Part shown: piece by piece, positions 28,649 to 38,924 of the stretch
Layout: the number at the start of each line of letters is the position of its first letter
Position numbering within the stretch: the stretch's first letter is position 1
Source: Nitrospirota bacterium
Lineage (GTDB): Bacteria; Nitrospirota; Thermodesulfovibrionia; Thermodesulfovibrionales; BMS3Bbin05
Direction of reading: 5' to 3'
Length of the DNA: 64,000 nucleotides
NCBI GenBank assembly: GCA_020351835.1
Contig: CP070669.1
Span: forward strand, 1,736,827 to 1,800,826
Program-made: the position numbers and the translations under genes
Notes under the pieces: model-generated
The model's database searches: none
Seen by the model: only the letters and a program-made list of their open reading frames with translations
Told to the model about the DNA's origin: nothing

Positions 28649-30283
28649 TTATACCCCTACTATGTTTATTTTTTCCTGCTCAAGAAATACGGTCTCTTCT
28701 ATCGCCCTGAGAAGCGTCCCGAAAGTACCCCGGTCAAGAGCAGAGATGGCAAGGGCAGAATACCTGTTCATAATGTTTCTTATCTCATCAGAATGTACTT
28801 TATCTGCTTTGTTAAATACTATCAATCTTCTCTTTTCGCCCAGATCAAGGTCGTTCAATATCCGTTCTACTGAGCCTATCTGCTGTTCGAACCTGGGGTT
28901 GGAGATATCGACAAGATGAAGAAGCAGGTCCGCGTCCTCAAGTTCTTCAAGCGTAGCCTTGAACGCCGCCATCAGGTCTCCCGGCAGGTCTCTTATAAAA
29001 CCGACAGTATCAGTTATTATTATCTCCCTTTCTTTGGGAAAGCGTAAGCGTCTGCTGGCGGTATCAAGAGTTGCAAAAAGCTTATCCTCCACAAAGGTCG
29101 ATGAATCGGTCAACCTGTTAAGAAGGGTAGACTTACCTGCGTTCGTATATCCGACTATCGAGACGATTGGAAGACCCTGTTTCTTGCGCCTGTTCTTTCT
29201 CTGCTTTCTCGCGCTGGATAACCTCTGAAGCTGTTTTTCAAGGAGTTTGATCCTGTCACGAACACGCCTTCTGTCTATCTCAAGCTTCATCTCGCCCGGT
29301 CCTCTTCCCCCTATACCACCGGTCAAACGTGACATTGCGGTTCCCTTTCCGGTAAGCCGCGGCAAACGATACTTCAACTGTGCAAGCTCTACCTGTACCT
29401 TTCCGTCCTTGCTATGGGCCCTTCTGGCGAAAATATCAAGTATGAGTTGCGACCGGTCAATGACCTTCATTTCGGTTATGTCAGCGATAGACCTGCTTTG
29501 GGACGGCGTCAGGTCCTGGTCAAATATCAGGACTGTCGCTCCTTTGGACAGGGCATTGATTATCAGTCCTTTCATCTTTCCCTTTCCCATGAGATATTTC
29601 GGATCTATGTCCTTTGCCCTCTGTATAACCTTGTCAAGAACCGCGACATTACATGAAAGTGCCAGTTCGTTCAGCTCTTCCAGGGAATCCTCCTGCTCAT
29701 ATACAGGCGCCTTTGATACGCTTACAAGAATTGCCCTCTCACGATCATCTCCTGCCTTGAGCATCCATTGCCTGTCCATCTCCTTTTCCAGGTTAGACAG
29801 GAATGAAGCAAAGTCCATATCAAATCCATGAAAATCACCGCTATAAAAGATCTCTACTTCTCCTCCAGGCATTAAATGTGCCACATGGAGGTATCTGGGC
29901 ATTTCATCATATACACCGATAGCTGCTATAGCATCCATACGGAGCAATGCGAGGTCCGTCAGGTCGTCCTGTGTGAGGGTCTCTTTACCAAGATGTGTAT
30001 GGATAAGTCTCAATCCCCTCAGTGCCTTTCTACCTATGGGATAATTGGTAAGATCGGGGATATATATACCGTCCGTGTCACCAAGGATCACATGAGTCAC
30101 TGCACCGTTCCTGTTCACAAGTATCCCTATCTGTCGATTTAGCCTGCCGGACAGCTCTGCAAGGAACCTTGCAAGTTCATTCGTTACAAGGTTGACGGGA
30201 GGGATCCTGCGCCTGTATAGCCGCTCAAGAGAGCTCTTCTCCGTTTTTTTCAGGCCGGATGTATTACCGAATACAGAAGCTAT
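28649..30283 (-). CDS. hflX: GTPase HflX; the 5' boundary is uncertain (see finding)
   Basis: The G domain has GYTNAGKSTLLN, DTVGF and NKAD. The conserved HflX N-terminal region (LERLYRRR...ELARFLAELS) lies upstream of the first canonical start at GTG 30118. It stays in frame up to a stop at 30299-30301. Confidence 0.85.
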   Translation of the reverse strand: MASVFGNTSGLKKTEKSSLERLYRRRIPPVNLVTNELARFLAELSGRLNRQIGILVNRNGAVTHVILGDTDGIYIPDLTNYPIGRKALRGLRLIHTHLGKETLTQDDLTDLALLRMDAIAAIGVYDEMPRYLHVAHLMPGGEVEIFYSGDFHGFDMDFASFLSNLEKEMDRQWMLKAGDDRERAILVSVSKAPVYEQEDSLEELNELALSCNVAVLDKVIQRAKDIDPKYLMGKGKMKGLIINALSKGATVLIFDQDLTPSQSRSIADITEMKVIDRSQLILDIFARRAHSKDGKVQVELAQLKYRLPRLTGKGTAMSRLTGGIGGRGPGEMKLEIDRRRVRDRIKLLEKQLQRLSSARKQRKNRRKKQGLPIVSIVGYTNAGKSTLLNRLTDSSTFVEDKLFATLDTASRRLRFPKEREIIITDTVGFIRDLPGDLMAAFKATLEELEDADLLLHLVDISNPRFEQQIGSVERILNDLDLGEKRRLIVFNKADKVHSDEIRNIMNRYSALAISALDRGTFGTLLRAIEETVFLEQEKINIVGV

Positions 30284-30393
30284 ATCTTTTCCTCCATATT
30301 AATATTATACTGGATTTGACATGCATAGTGCAGAAGGACGAAGTAAATATTATTTAATAACAGTCAGTTAAACTACCTACGCAGGGCAGACGA

Positions 30394-30422
30394 TTGACCC
30401 TGCCCAGTTTATTGTTATATAT
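30394..30422 (+). promoter_or_regulatory. Possible sigma70-like promoter for the fmdB-like operon
   Basis: TTGACC lies at 30394-30399. An AT-rich -10 (TATATA/ATATAT) follows after a 16-17 nt spacer. The element is about 45 nt upstream of the ATG. Confidence 0.3.
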
Positions 30423-30467
30423 TAAATAGTTTGGTATTAGTTTATAAGTTCAAGGAGGTTCGTATAA

Positions 30468-30743
30468 ATGCCTATTTATGAATATAAATGCTCAGACTGT
30501 TCTGAGGAGATGGAGTTCATTCAGAAGTTCTCTGATGATCCCATTGAAGAGTGCCCGAAGTGCAAGGGAAGGCTCGAAAAACTGATATCTGCTAACTCCT
30601 TTGTTCTCAAGGGCTCTGGCTGGTATAAGACGGATTATGTATCCGGCAGCCAGAAATCTGAACAAAGCGACAGTAAAGACAAGAAGTCAGATGATAAGAA
30701 GAGCGCCGGGAAGGAAAAGAAGACAGAAGCGGTCAGTGCATAG
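30468..30743 (+). CDS. FmdB-family zinc-ribbon protein
   Basis: The N-terminus is MPIYEYKCSDCSEEMEFIQKFSDDPIEECPKCKG (CxxC...CxxC). A strong SD (AAGGAGG) precedes it. Confidence 0.8.
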   Translation: MPIYEYKCSDCSEEMEFIQKFSDDPIEECPKCKGRLEKLISANSFVLKGSGWYKTDYVSGSQKSEQSDSKDKKSDDKKSAGKEKKTEAVSA

Positions 30744-31498
30744 TGCCCGGTACTCATATCCACATCCCCTTCAATAAGATCGGTCAATATAATTCGTTCC
30801 TTAACGAGAAGAGACCGGATCTAGAAGTGTATTTTAACCATGATTCACTGGATATCGCCGATATAGGCCTGTTAGAAGATACTTTTTCGCTTCTCGATTA
30901 TAAGCCGGAGCTGTCAATCCACGCACCTTTCATAGATCTCTCACCAGCCGCCATAGACGACAGGGTCAGGGAAGCAACAATGTACCGGTTCGATCAGCTG
31001 CTAAAGGTCGCTCAAGTATTAAGACCCGGGGTTATAGTGTTCCATTCCGGTTATGAAAAGTGGAAATACGCCCTGGAAATAGATATCTGGCTCGAAAAGA
31101 GCCTGCTAACCTGGAGAGATATCCTGGGCAGATGTCAGAAGCTCGGAATAAAAATAGCAATAGAGAATATATTTGAAGACACTCCTGATAACCTCTTCCT
31201 TCTTGCGGGGGAAATGGGTTCAGAAGACTTCGGTCTCTGCTTTGACACGGGACACTTCAACCTGTTTTCATCCATCAGTCTCGATGAGTGGATAGGGAAG
31301 ACCCGTGAGCATATAATAGAGCTTCACCTCCATGATAACGATGGCAGATCAGATGCTCATGGAAGCCTGGGTAGTGGAAGCTTCGATTTCCATGAGCTCT
31401 TCAGCCTTTTGAAAGGCAGGGATGACATATTAAAGACCATAGAGGCGCATACGCCTGAGGGTGCGCTTAAAAGCCTTGAGATACTGGATAAGTATTGA
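30743..31498 (+). CDS. Xylose-isomerase-like TIM-barrel protein (sugar phosphate isomerase/epimerase family)
   Basis: The GTG start overlaps the upstream stop as TAGTG. The motifs VFHSGY, IAIENI, CFDTGH and HLHDN are present. Confidence 0.72.
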   Translation: MPGTHIHIPFNKIGQYNSFLNEKRPDLEVYFNHDSLDIADIGLLEDTFSLLDYKPELSIHAPFIDLSPAAIDDRVREATMYRFDQLLKVAQVLRPGVIVFHSGYEKWKYALEIDIWLEKSLLTWRDILGRCQKLGIKIAIENIFEDTPDNLFLLAGEMGSEDFGLCFDTGHFNLFSSISLDEWIGKTREHIIELHLHDNDGRSDAHGSLGSGSFDFHELFSLLKGRDDILKTIEAHTPEGALKSLEILDKY

Positions 31499-31563
31499 CA
31501 ATTCTTCCGCATTTTTATTAGTTTATATATCTTTAGATACTAATGAACGGAAGGAACAGATAG

Positions 31564-31992
31564 ATGAAGACACTGTTTGCGAAAAAAGGTGAAGTTGAAA
31601 GAAAATGGTATGTGGTCGATGCCAAGGACCAGGTCCTTGGAAGACTGGCTACCAGAATAGCAAATTACCTGAGGGGTAAGCACAAAGCACAGTTCACGCC
31701 CCATGTTGACACGGGTGATTTCATTATAGTCGTTAACGCTGAAAAAGTTAAGCTAACGGGCAACAAGCTCGAGCAGAAGGAATATTATCGCCACACGGGG
31801 TATCCCGGAGGCATAAGATCGGAATCTGCTAAGTTCAGGATGGAGAACAAGCCAGAGGCGATGATAATAGATGCGGTAAAGGGAATGCTTCCAAAGAACA
31901 GGCTTGGAAGAGGCCTTATTAAGAAACTGAAGGTCTACAGGGGATCAGAGCATCCACACACGGCGCAAAGACCTGAAAATATAAGCTTATAA
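31564..31992 (+). CDS. rplM: 50S ribosomal protein L13
   Basis: The blocks [27 protein letters not shown] and HTGYPGG are present. The protein is 142 aa. Confidence 0.95.
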   Translation: MKTLFAKKGEVERKWYVVDAKDQVLGRLATRIANYLRGKHKAQFTPHVDTGDFIIVVNAEKVKLTGNKLEQKEYYRHTGYPGGIRSESAKFRMENKPEAMIIDAVKGMLPKNRLGRGLIKKLKVYRGSEHPHTAQRPENISL

Positions 31993-32009
31993 TTAAGGAG
32001 TATTGATTA

Positions 32010-32402
32010 ATGGCAGACATCACGTATAGCGCGACAGGAAGAAGAAAGAGCTCAGTAGCCAGAGTGATCCTGAAAAAAGGAAGCGGAGAGATCACGGTGA
32101 ACAAGAAGCCTATCGAAAAGCATTTCCCGAGAGAAACACTGCGGATGGTTATAAAGCAGCCGCTTGAGCTCACAGGAATGCTTGAAAAGATAGATGTATC
32201 TGCCAATGTAAAAGGCGGTGGTCTGAGCGGACAGGCCGGTGCAGTAAAGCACGGGATATCGCGTGCTCTGCTCGAAGTCAATCCAGACCTGCGCGGTAAG
32301 CTTAAGAAAGAAGGATTTCTCACCAGGGACCCCAGGGAGAAGGAGAGAAAGAAGTACGGTCTTGCGGGTGCACGCAAGAGGTTCCAGTTCTCCAAGAGAT
32401 AA
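32010..32402 (+). CDS. rpsI: 30S ribosomal protein S9
   Basis: The blocks [10 protein letters not shown] and [19 protein letters not shown] are present. The C-terminus is [10 protein letters not shown]. Confidence 0.95.
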   Translation: MADITYSATGRRKSSVARVILKKGSGEITVNKKPIEKHFPRETLRMVIKQPLELTGMLEKIDVSANVKGGGLSGQAGAVKHGISRALLEVNPDLRGKLKKEGFLTRDPREKERKKYGLAGARKRFQFSKR

Positions 32403-32408
32403 TATCCG

Positions 32409-33449
32409 ATGCTTAAGGTCGCCATATGCGGGGGCAGCGGTTACACTGGCGGCGAACTACTCCGGATACTTTCCAGTCATTCCAAGGTAAAGGTAACTGC
32501 TGTAACCTCAGAGCGTTCAGCGGGAAAGAAGGTGACAGACCTTTTCCCGTCGTTGTATACGTACGCACGGATGGAGTTCGAGCCGCTGAAGCCGGAAAAG
32601 TTGCTGAAGAAAGCGGATCTGTTCTTTCTGGCCCTTCCTCATGCGGCCTCTCAGGAGGCAGTGGATTTCTTTTATCAGAACGGGAAGAAAGTGATAGACC
32701 TTTCGGCCGATTACCGGCTTCATGATCCAAAGGTTTACAGCGAATGGTACAGTACAAACCACAATTTTACAAATACTTTAAAAAAGGCCGTATACGGCCT
32801 GCCCGAACTTCATCGCGGTAAGGTAAAGAAATCATCGCTGGTAGCAAATCCGGGATGCTACCCCACAAGCGCTATCCTGGGACTGTATCCTGTCCTGACA
32901 AAAGGGCTGATCAAGTCAGGCAGTATAATCATTGACTCTAAATCGGGCACTTCAGGAGCTGGGCGGAAGGGATCGGTGAACTTCTCATATTGCGAGGTTA
33001 ATGAAGGGTTCAAGGCCTATGGCATAGCAGGTCACCGGCATACTCCGGAGATCGAACAGGAGATCTCTTTGATAGCAAAGAAGAAGATAAAGGTTAACTT
33101 CACGCCGCACCTGTTGCCTGTGAACCGAGGGATACTATCGACCATATACGTTGATCTGATAAAGAGGTCGGATACGAAAACGATGATCGAGCTTTATAAG
33201 AAGATTTACGGGAAGGAAGCTTTCGTGAAGGTCCTTGATGAGAACTTCTTTCCTAACATAAAGAACGTCGCAGGCACCAACTTCTGCGAGATAGGATTAA
33301 AGGTCGATACTCGTACGAACAAATTGATAATAGTCTCGGCTATAGATAACCTTATCAAAGGGGCTTCCGGCCAGGCAGTTCAGAACATGAACATCATAAT
33401 GGGATTTAAAGAGAGCGAGGGACTCGATTCTCTGGCAGTGCATCCTTGA
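32409..33449 (+). CDS. argC: N-acetyl-gamma-glutamyl-phosphate reductase
   Basis: The blocks VAICGGSGYTGGELLRIL, NPGCYPTS and DNLIKGASGQAVQNMN are present. Confidence 0.93.
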   Translation: MLKVAICGGSGYTGGELLRILSSHSKVKVTAVTSERSAGKKVTDLFPSLYTYARMEFEPLKPEKLLKKADLFFLALPHAASQEAVDFFYQNGKKVIDLSADYRLHDPKVYSEWYSTNHNFTNTLKKAVYGLPELHRGKVKKSSLVANPGCYPTSAILGLYPVLTKGLIKSGSIIIDSKSGTSGAGRKGSVNFSYCEVNEGFKAYGIAGHRHTPEIEQEISLIAKKKIKVNFTPHLLPVNRGILSTIYVDLIKRSDTKTMIELYKKIYGKEAFVKVLDENFFPNIKNVAGTNFCEIGLKVDTRTNKLIIVSAIDNLIKGASGQAVQNMNIIMGFKESEGLDSLAVHP

Positions 33450-33470
33450 TCGAAAACTATCTCAGGAAAA

Positions 33471-34667
33471 ATGATCATTCCAAAGAATAAAAAGATCCCT
33501 AAAGGGTTCCGGTTTGCCGTTGCATCGGCCGGCATCAAACATAAAGGGCGCGCAGACATGGGACTCATAGTATCTGACGTAGAGGCTGCCGCAGCAGGGG
33601 TCTTTACTACGAACAGGGTACGTGCTTTCAACATTGACCTTAATAAGAAGAAGTTGCGATACGGACGAGGACAGGCAATAGTCGTTAACAGCGGCAATGC
33701 CAACGTATGCACTGGGAAGCAAGGAGAAAAGGACACTATTTACATGGCAGATTCAACTGCACAGCTTATAGGTGTCGCACCCGGAAGAACGTTCGTCTGT
33801 TCTACCGGCGTAATTGGCACACCCATGCCAATGGATAACGTCCGCAAGGGTATCAATACGCTTGCCAGGGATCTCGGCAAACACTCTATCAGTGACGTTT
33901 CCAATGCGATAATGACAACAGACAGGTTCCCAAAGACCTCGTCCAGACAGATCATGGTCGGTGGTAAGATGGTGACCATAACTGCATCCGCTAAAGGCGC
34001 AGGTATGATAGATCCGAATATGGCAACGATGCTCTGTTTTATTATCACTGATGCCAGGATAGAAGGTAGTGCTATGAAGAAGGTCCTTAAAGATGTTGTC
34101 AATGATACGTTTAACACAATAACGGTCGACGGTGACATGAGCACAAGCGATACTGTGCTAATGATGGCGAACGGACTTGCCGGGAACAAGATAATAAAAC
34201 CCGGGTCTAAGGATATTAAGAAGGTAAAAGCAACTGTTCACGATATTTGTTACGAACTTGCAGAAATGATGGTCAAGGACGGTGAAGGTGCAACCAAGAT
34301 AATAGATATAGAGGTCAAAGGGGCCAAGACGAAGGCCGACGCCCGAAAGGCAGCCGATGCGATCGCCAACTCACTCCTGGTCAAGACAGCGATATACGGT
34401 AATGATGCCAACTGGGGGCGAATAATTGCGGCTGCCGGATATTCGGGTGCAAACTTTAACCACAGGAAGGTCAGTATTTTCTTTAATCGTTTATTGGCTG
34501 TCAAAAATGGTGTATCAGCAACGACCGATAAGGCTGCAAACGCAGAATTGAAGAAGAAAAAAGTGAAAATAACGATAGATCTCAATGCGGGCAAATGTGC
34601 GGCAGCCGCCTTGTCTTGCGACCTCACCGAAGAGTACATCAGGATCAACGCCGGATATCGCACCTGA
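33471..34667 (+). CDS. argJ: Bifunctional ornithine acetyltransferase / N-acetylglutamate synthase
   Basis: The blocks GFRFAVASAGIK and the autoprocessing site PNMATMLCFIITDA are present. The C-terminus is EEYIRINAGYRT. Confidence 0.93.
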   Translation: MIIPKNKKIPKGFRFAVASAGIKHKGRADMGLIVSDVEAAAAGVFTTNRVRAFNIDLNKKKLRYGRGQAIVVNSGNANVCTGKQGEKDTIYMADSTAQLIGVAPGRTFVCSTGVIGTPMPMDNVRKGINTLARDLGKHSISDVSNAIMTTDRFPKTSSRQIMVGGKMVTITASAKGAGMIDPNMATMLCFIITDARIEGSAMKKVLKDVVNDTFNTITVDGDMSTSDTVLMMANGLAGNKIIKPGSKDIKKVKATVHDICYELAEMMVKDGEGATKIIDIEVKGAKTKADARKAADAIANSLLVKTAIYGNDANWGRIIAAAGYSGANFNHRKVSIFFNRLLAVKNGVSATTDKAANAELKKKKVKITIDLNAGKCAAAALSCDLTEEYIRINAGYRT

Positions 34668-34791
34668 ACCGATATAACTCTTTGTTATTATTGCATTTAA
34701 TTAGACTCTATCAGGGATAATACCTAAGCGCTTGCGCAATCTATTAACAGGCTACCTAAATTTATAAATTTAAAATACCTAAATTTTTTTC

Positions 34792-34820
34792 TTGACAAAG
34801 GTGAATAATTGTGATTAAAT
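34792..34820 (+). promoter_or_regulatory. Near-consensus sigma70 promoter with extended -10 and an upstream A/T tract
   Basis: TTGACA lies at 34792-34797. A 17-nt spacer ends in TGa, followed by TTAAAT at 34815-34820. The element is preceded by aaatttataaatttaaaatacctaaattttttt. Confidence 0.5.
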
Positions 34821-34826
34821 ATACCC

Positions 34827-34892
34827 ATAAGCGCCTCGTTACCTCCCCTAAGCTGCTGTCCACAATCCACGGACAGCAGCTACTTTTTTTTT
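34827..34892 (+). ncRNA. Candidate small RNA (about 65 nt) with a CCUCC-containing single-stranded region and its own terminator
   Basis: The predicted transcript is AUAAGCGCCUCGUUACCUCCCCUAAGCUGCUGUCC-acaauccac-GGACAGCAGCUAC-U9. There is no ORF. The unit lies between the argJ stop (34667) and a convergent gene. Confidence 0.45.
34851..34892 (+). terminator. Strong rho-independent terminator
   Basis: A perfect 11-bp stem forms between AGCTGCTGTCC (34851-34861) and GGACAGCAGCT (34871-34881). The loop is 9 nt. Nine T residues follow at 34884-34892. Confidence 0.85.
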
Positions 34893-35059
34893 AAACCATA
34901 ATAACAGTTTCAATTGAGGTTGTTTTTGATATATCTTATTGAAATATATAGATTTTTGCTGGAAAAATAAAGCCGGACCGGTCGAGATCAGTCAAGGCTA
35001 TCATTGTAAGCTGTTGTTTTTATTTAATAATTATATGCTCTTTCGGGCTCCGGCAAGGT

Positions 35060-36181
35060 TCAGTCTTCCAGTTCTATCAGGTCATAATCCCTACTTCCGA
35101 GCCCTAGTCTTTCTGCCTCCTCCACCTGTATATTGTATGGCTTCTTATGGAGCTTTCCAAAGGTATCTCCCGGTTCACGGATATCCTCGTCTGAAGCCAG
35201 TGAATCACCCAGCACAGCCGTCCTGTCAAGTATGTCTATTGATGCCTGCTCGATCGCAACTATATCATCAGAGAGGAGTATGCCCGCATCCTGAATAACG
35301 GGGACCTCGGCCGCTGGCATACAGTCACACTCCGGCTGGACCTCTGTCAGGAAGTTTATATACAGCACTTTATGTTCTTTAAATGTAGACAGGACCGCGG
35401 ATGTCGCCTCCGCAAGTGACCTCATGAACCTTTCATCGTCCTGCGGGAACCCGATAGATCCAGTCGGGCATCCGCGTTCGCACCTTCCGCATCGCCAGCA
35501 TTTCTCCTCTTCCCATTCCATCTTTCCACCGCTAAAAGATATGATATCCAAGGGACATATCTCAACGCACTGGTCACAAAGTTCACACAGTTCCTCATCC
35601 CACTTCATCCTTCCCTCTCCTATCGTGTGCATAGAGCCGCGTCCGCATTTCCAACCGCACTCTCTGTGAGATGAACTTACTCCTCCCATGGCCATGTTCT
35701 TTATTGCACCCGCATACCCGGCATTGATATGTCCCTTAACGTGCGAACATACTACCATCGCAGGGACATCATGTATAAGAGATGCTACAGCGATCTCTTT
35801 GAGTATATCTCCAGCCTTTACCATAATATTGTCATTACCATAAAGACCGTCCGCAATTACGACAGGGGCTCCTACTGAGAGGTTATTGATACCGTTATGA
35901 TTAGCAACCTCAAGGTATTCAACACCCATGATCCTGACCGTATCTGTTACAAAGGGTTTTGAGCCGATCGCAATGAGTGCATCTACTACCTTTCTTATAA
36001 AGACCGGTCTTACGATCCTGTGAGCTCCGAACGAACCGAAATGGGTCTTTACAGCGACATATTCATTTGCGAAATATCTATTAAGCTCTGCTTTTTTAAG
36101 TAGTCCTTCCAGCTTGCCTGGCATGCTGTGCTCATACTTCCACTTGTCAACCCGGGCTTTTGAGAAATATACATTTGACAT
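35060..36181 (-). CDS. DUF362-domain protein with an inserted 2x[4Fe-4S] ferredoxin domain
   Basis: The N-terminus is DUF362-like ([28 protein letters not shown]). The cluster motifs are [12 protein letters not shown] and [12 protein letters not shown]. An AAGGAGG SD is present. Confidence 0.75.
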   Translation of the reverse strand: MSNVYFSKARVDKWKYEHSMPGKLEGLLKKAELNRYFANEYVAVKTHFGSFGAHRIVRPVFIRKVVDALIAIGSKPFVTDTVRIMGVEYLEVANHNGINNLSVGAPVVIADGLYGNDNIMVKAGDILKEIAVASLIHDVPAMVVCSHVKGHINAGYAGAIKNMAMGGVSSSHRECGWKCGRGSMHTIGEGRMKWDEELCELCDQCVEICPLDIISFSGGKMEWEEEKCWRCGRCERGCPTGSIGFPQDDERFMRSLAEATSAVLSTFKEHKVLYINFLTEVQPECDCMPAAEVPVIQDAGILLSDDIVAIEQASIDILDRTAVLGDSLASDEDIREPGDTFGKLHKKPYNIQVEEAERLGLGSRDYDLIELED

Positions 36182-36248
36182 ACAGGTGCCTCCTTTCGAA
36201 ATTCATAATTCTTGCAATATGTTCACTATAAGATATATATTTAAAAAT

Positions 36249-38924
36249 ATGGTAAATCTGATACTTAGAAAGATTTTTGGCACAAAGACCGAAAGAGAGC
36301 TTAAACGCTTATTGCCCCTTGTAGAACAGATTAACGGACTTGAAGCCTCTATATCAACCCTCTCTGACGAGCAACTTCAGGGCAAAACGGAGGAGTTCAG
36401 GGCAAGGCTGAGGAGCGGAGAAACTTTGGACGATATACTGCCGGAGGCCTTTTCGGTCGTGAGAGAAGCCTCCAGACGCATCCTTAATATGAGGCATTTC
36501 GATGTTCAGTTAATGGGTGGCATGGTACTTCATGAGGGTAAGATAGCAGAGATGAAGACCGGGGAAGGAAAGACGCTCGTCGCGACGGCCCCTGTTTACC
36601 TTAATTCAATAGAAGGAAGGGGTGTTCACGTCGTAACAGTAAATGACTACCTTGCCAAGAGAGATGCCCAGTGGATGAGCCCTGTATATCATTTTCTCGG
36701 TCTTACCGTAGGGGTCATTCAGTCCGACCATTCTTTTTTTTATGATCCTTCTTATACAGGAGATGATGTGCGCTTGCAGAACCTGAGACCTTGCAGCAGA
36801 CATGAAGCATATTCAAAGGATATAACATACGGTACCAATAATGAGTTCGGATTTGACTATCTTAGAGATAACATGAAGTACGAATTCAGTGATTATAGTC
36901 AGAAGGTCCACAACTTTGCGATAGTGGATGAAGTGGATAGTATCCTTATAGACGAGGCCCGTACCCCGCTAATAATCTCAGGGCCGTCCGAAGAATCAAC
37001 TGATAAGTACTACAATATAAACAGGATGATCCCTAAGCTTCAGGTCGATCAGGACTTTACTATAGATGAAAAGGCCAAGACCGCCATTCTCACCGAGGAA
37101 GGAAGTGTAAGAGCAGAGCAACTGCTAAATGTTGACAACCTTTTCGATCCATCTAACATCGATCTTGTTCATCACGTTCTTCAGGGCCTTAAGGCTCATC
37201 ACCTCTTCAGGAAGGATGTTGATTATGTTGTCAAGAACGGCGAGATCATAATAGTAGACGAGTTCACTGGGAGGCTCATGCCGGGAAGGAGGTGGTCGGA
37301 CGGGCTTCACCAGGCTATAGAGGCTAAGGAACATGTAAAGATCGCAAGCGAGAACCAAACGCTTGCCACGATCACATTTCAGAACTACTTCAGGATGTAT
37401 GACAAATTGGCTGGAATGACAGGAACGGCAGATACTGAGGCAGAGGAGTTCGCAAAGATATATGATCTTGATGTAGTGGTAATACCGACCAATAGGGACA
37501 TGGTAAGAAATGACCATTCAGATATGATATATAAGACCGAAGCTGCAAAGTTCAGGGCTGCAATAAATGAGATAAGGGACTGCCATGAAAGAGGGCAGCC
37601 GACTCTGGTCGGGACTATATCTATAGAAAAGTCTGAACTTCTCAGTAAGATGCTCAAAAAGGAGAAGATACCCCACTCAGTGCTAAATGCAAAGTATCAT
37701 GAAAAGGAAGCGGAGATCATAGCTCAGGCCGGCAGGCTTGGGGCGGTGACCATAGCAACAAACATGGCCGGAAGAGGCACTGATATTGTGTTAGGTGGAA
37801 ATCCCGGTATAGTTTCGAGAGAGATACTGAGAGATATTAACGATCCTTCAGATGAACAGTTGCAGGATGCTCACAGCAAAGCAGAGGAGCAGTGCCTTGC
37901 CGAAAAAGAGAAAGTACTTGAAGCCGGAGGACTACATATCCTTGGAACGGAAAGGCATGAGGCAAGACGTATCGACAACCAGTTGAGAGGCCGTTCAGGA
38001 AGGCAGGGAGACCCTGGAAGCTCCAGGTTCTATCTTTCACTTGAAGATGACCTGATGAGGATATTCGGTTCTGACCGGATATCAGGGCTTATGGACCGAC
38101 TCGGAATGGAGGAGGACGTACCGATCGAGAACAGACTCGTGAGCCGCGCCATAGAGACATCACAAAAGAGGGTCGAGTCACATAACTTCGACATCAGAAA
38201 GCATCTTCTTGAGTATGACGATGTAATGAACAAGCAGAGAACCGAGATATATGCATACAGGAGAGAGATACTCACATCGGATTCACTTAGGGACAAGGTT
38301 GTTGAAATGATAGACATATGCATTGATGAGCTATTGTTTATTTATTGCCCTGAGGATAAGCACCCTGAAGAGTGGAATTTTTCAGGGCTTAAGGAGGCCT
38401 ATTACGGTATTTTCGGGTTCACTCCATCCGGAACGGAGGATATAAAGGGCATTGAAGCGCTCAGGCAGGAACTTACTGAACAATCGTTAACCTTCTACAG
38501 TGTCAAAGAGAGCGAGATAACCGAAGAGGTCATCCGCAGCATAGAAAAAATGGTCATGCTCCAGGTAGTAGATAGCCAGTGGAAAGATCATCTTCTGGCG
38601 ATGGACCACCTTAAGGAAGGAATTGGGTTAAGGGGTTATGGACAGAGAGATCCTCTTGTTGAATATAAAAGAGAGGCATACGATATGTTCACTGATATGA
38701 CAGACAGGATCAATACGGAGATAATTACAAGAGTGTTCAGAGTTCAGATTAGATCAGAGCAGGAATTATCAGGCTCTATCAATAGATCTCAAAAAATGGT
38801 ATACAGTAGAGGGGAGTCTGAGTCAAAACAGCCTGTAAAGAAGACCGCTAAGGTCGGGAGAAACCAGCCCTGCCCTTGCGGGAGCGGCAAAAAATACAAG
38901 AAGTGTTGTGGTGCTAATGTATAA
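36249..38924 (+). CDS. secA: Preprotein translocase ATPase SecA
   Basis: I trimmed the start to [20 protein letters not shown], the conserved SecA N-terminus. The block [12 protein letters not shown] and the DEVD box are present. The C-terminal zinc finger is [14 protein letters not shown]. Confidence 0.95.
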   Translation: MVNLILRKIFGTKTERELKRLLPLVEQINGLEASISTLSDEQLQGKTEEFRARLRSGETLDDILPEAFSVVREASRRILNMRHFDVQLMGGMVLHEGKIAEMKTGEGKTLVATAPVYLNSIEGRGVHVVTVNDYLAKRDAQWMSPVYHFLGLTVGVIQSDHSFFYDPSYTGDDVRLQNLRPCSRHEAYSKDITYGTNNEFGFDYLRDNMKYEFSDYSQKVHNFAIVDEVDSILIDEARTPLIISGPSEESTDKYYNINRMIPKLQVDQDFTIDEKAKTAILTEEGSVRAEQLLNVDNLFDPSNIDLVHHVLQGLKAHHLFRKDVDYVVKNGEIIIVDEFTGRLMPGRRWSDGLHQAIEAKEHVKIASENQTLATITFQNYFRMYDKLAGMTGTADTEAEEFAKIYDLDVVVIPTNRDMVRNDHSDMIYKTEAAKFRAAINEIRDCHERGQPTLVGTISIEKSELLSKMLKKEKIPHSVLNAKYHEKEAEIIAQAGRLGAVTIATNMAGRGTDIVLGGNPGIVSREILRDINDPSDEQLQDAHSKAEEQCLAEKEKVLEAGGLHILGTERHEARRIDNQLRGRSGRQGDPGSSRFYLSLEDDLMRIFGSDRISGLMDRLGMEEDVPIENRLVSRAIETSQKRVESHNFDIRKHLLEYDDVMNKQRTEIYAYRREILTSDSLRDKVVEMIDICIDELLFIYCPEDKHPEEWNFSGLKEAYYGIFGFTPSGTEDIKGIEALRQELTEQSLTFYSVKESEITEEVIRSIEKMVMLQVVDSQWKDHLLAMDHLKEGIGLRGYGQRDPLVEYKREAYDMFTDMTDRINTEIITRVFRVQIRSEQELSGSINRSQKMVYSRGESESKQPVKKTAKVGRNQPCPCGSGKKYKKCCGANV

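Noticed and set aside
31919-34663. Multiple 80-170-aa antisense or alternative-frame ORFs across rpsI, argC and argJ
   Set aside because: They lie opposite or out of frame to highly conserved, confidently identified genes. Their Arg/Pro/Ser-rich composition is typical of spurious frames.
36114-36248. The 45-codon N-terminal extension of the secA ORF as given in the track
   Set aside because: The conserved SecA N-terminus ([11 protein letters not shown]...) begins at 36249. The extension overlaps the start of the opposite-strand DUF362 gene and its promoter region.
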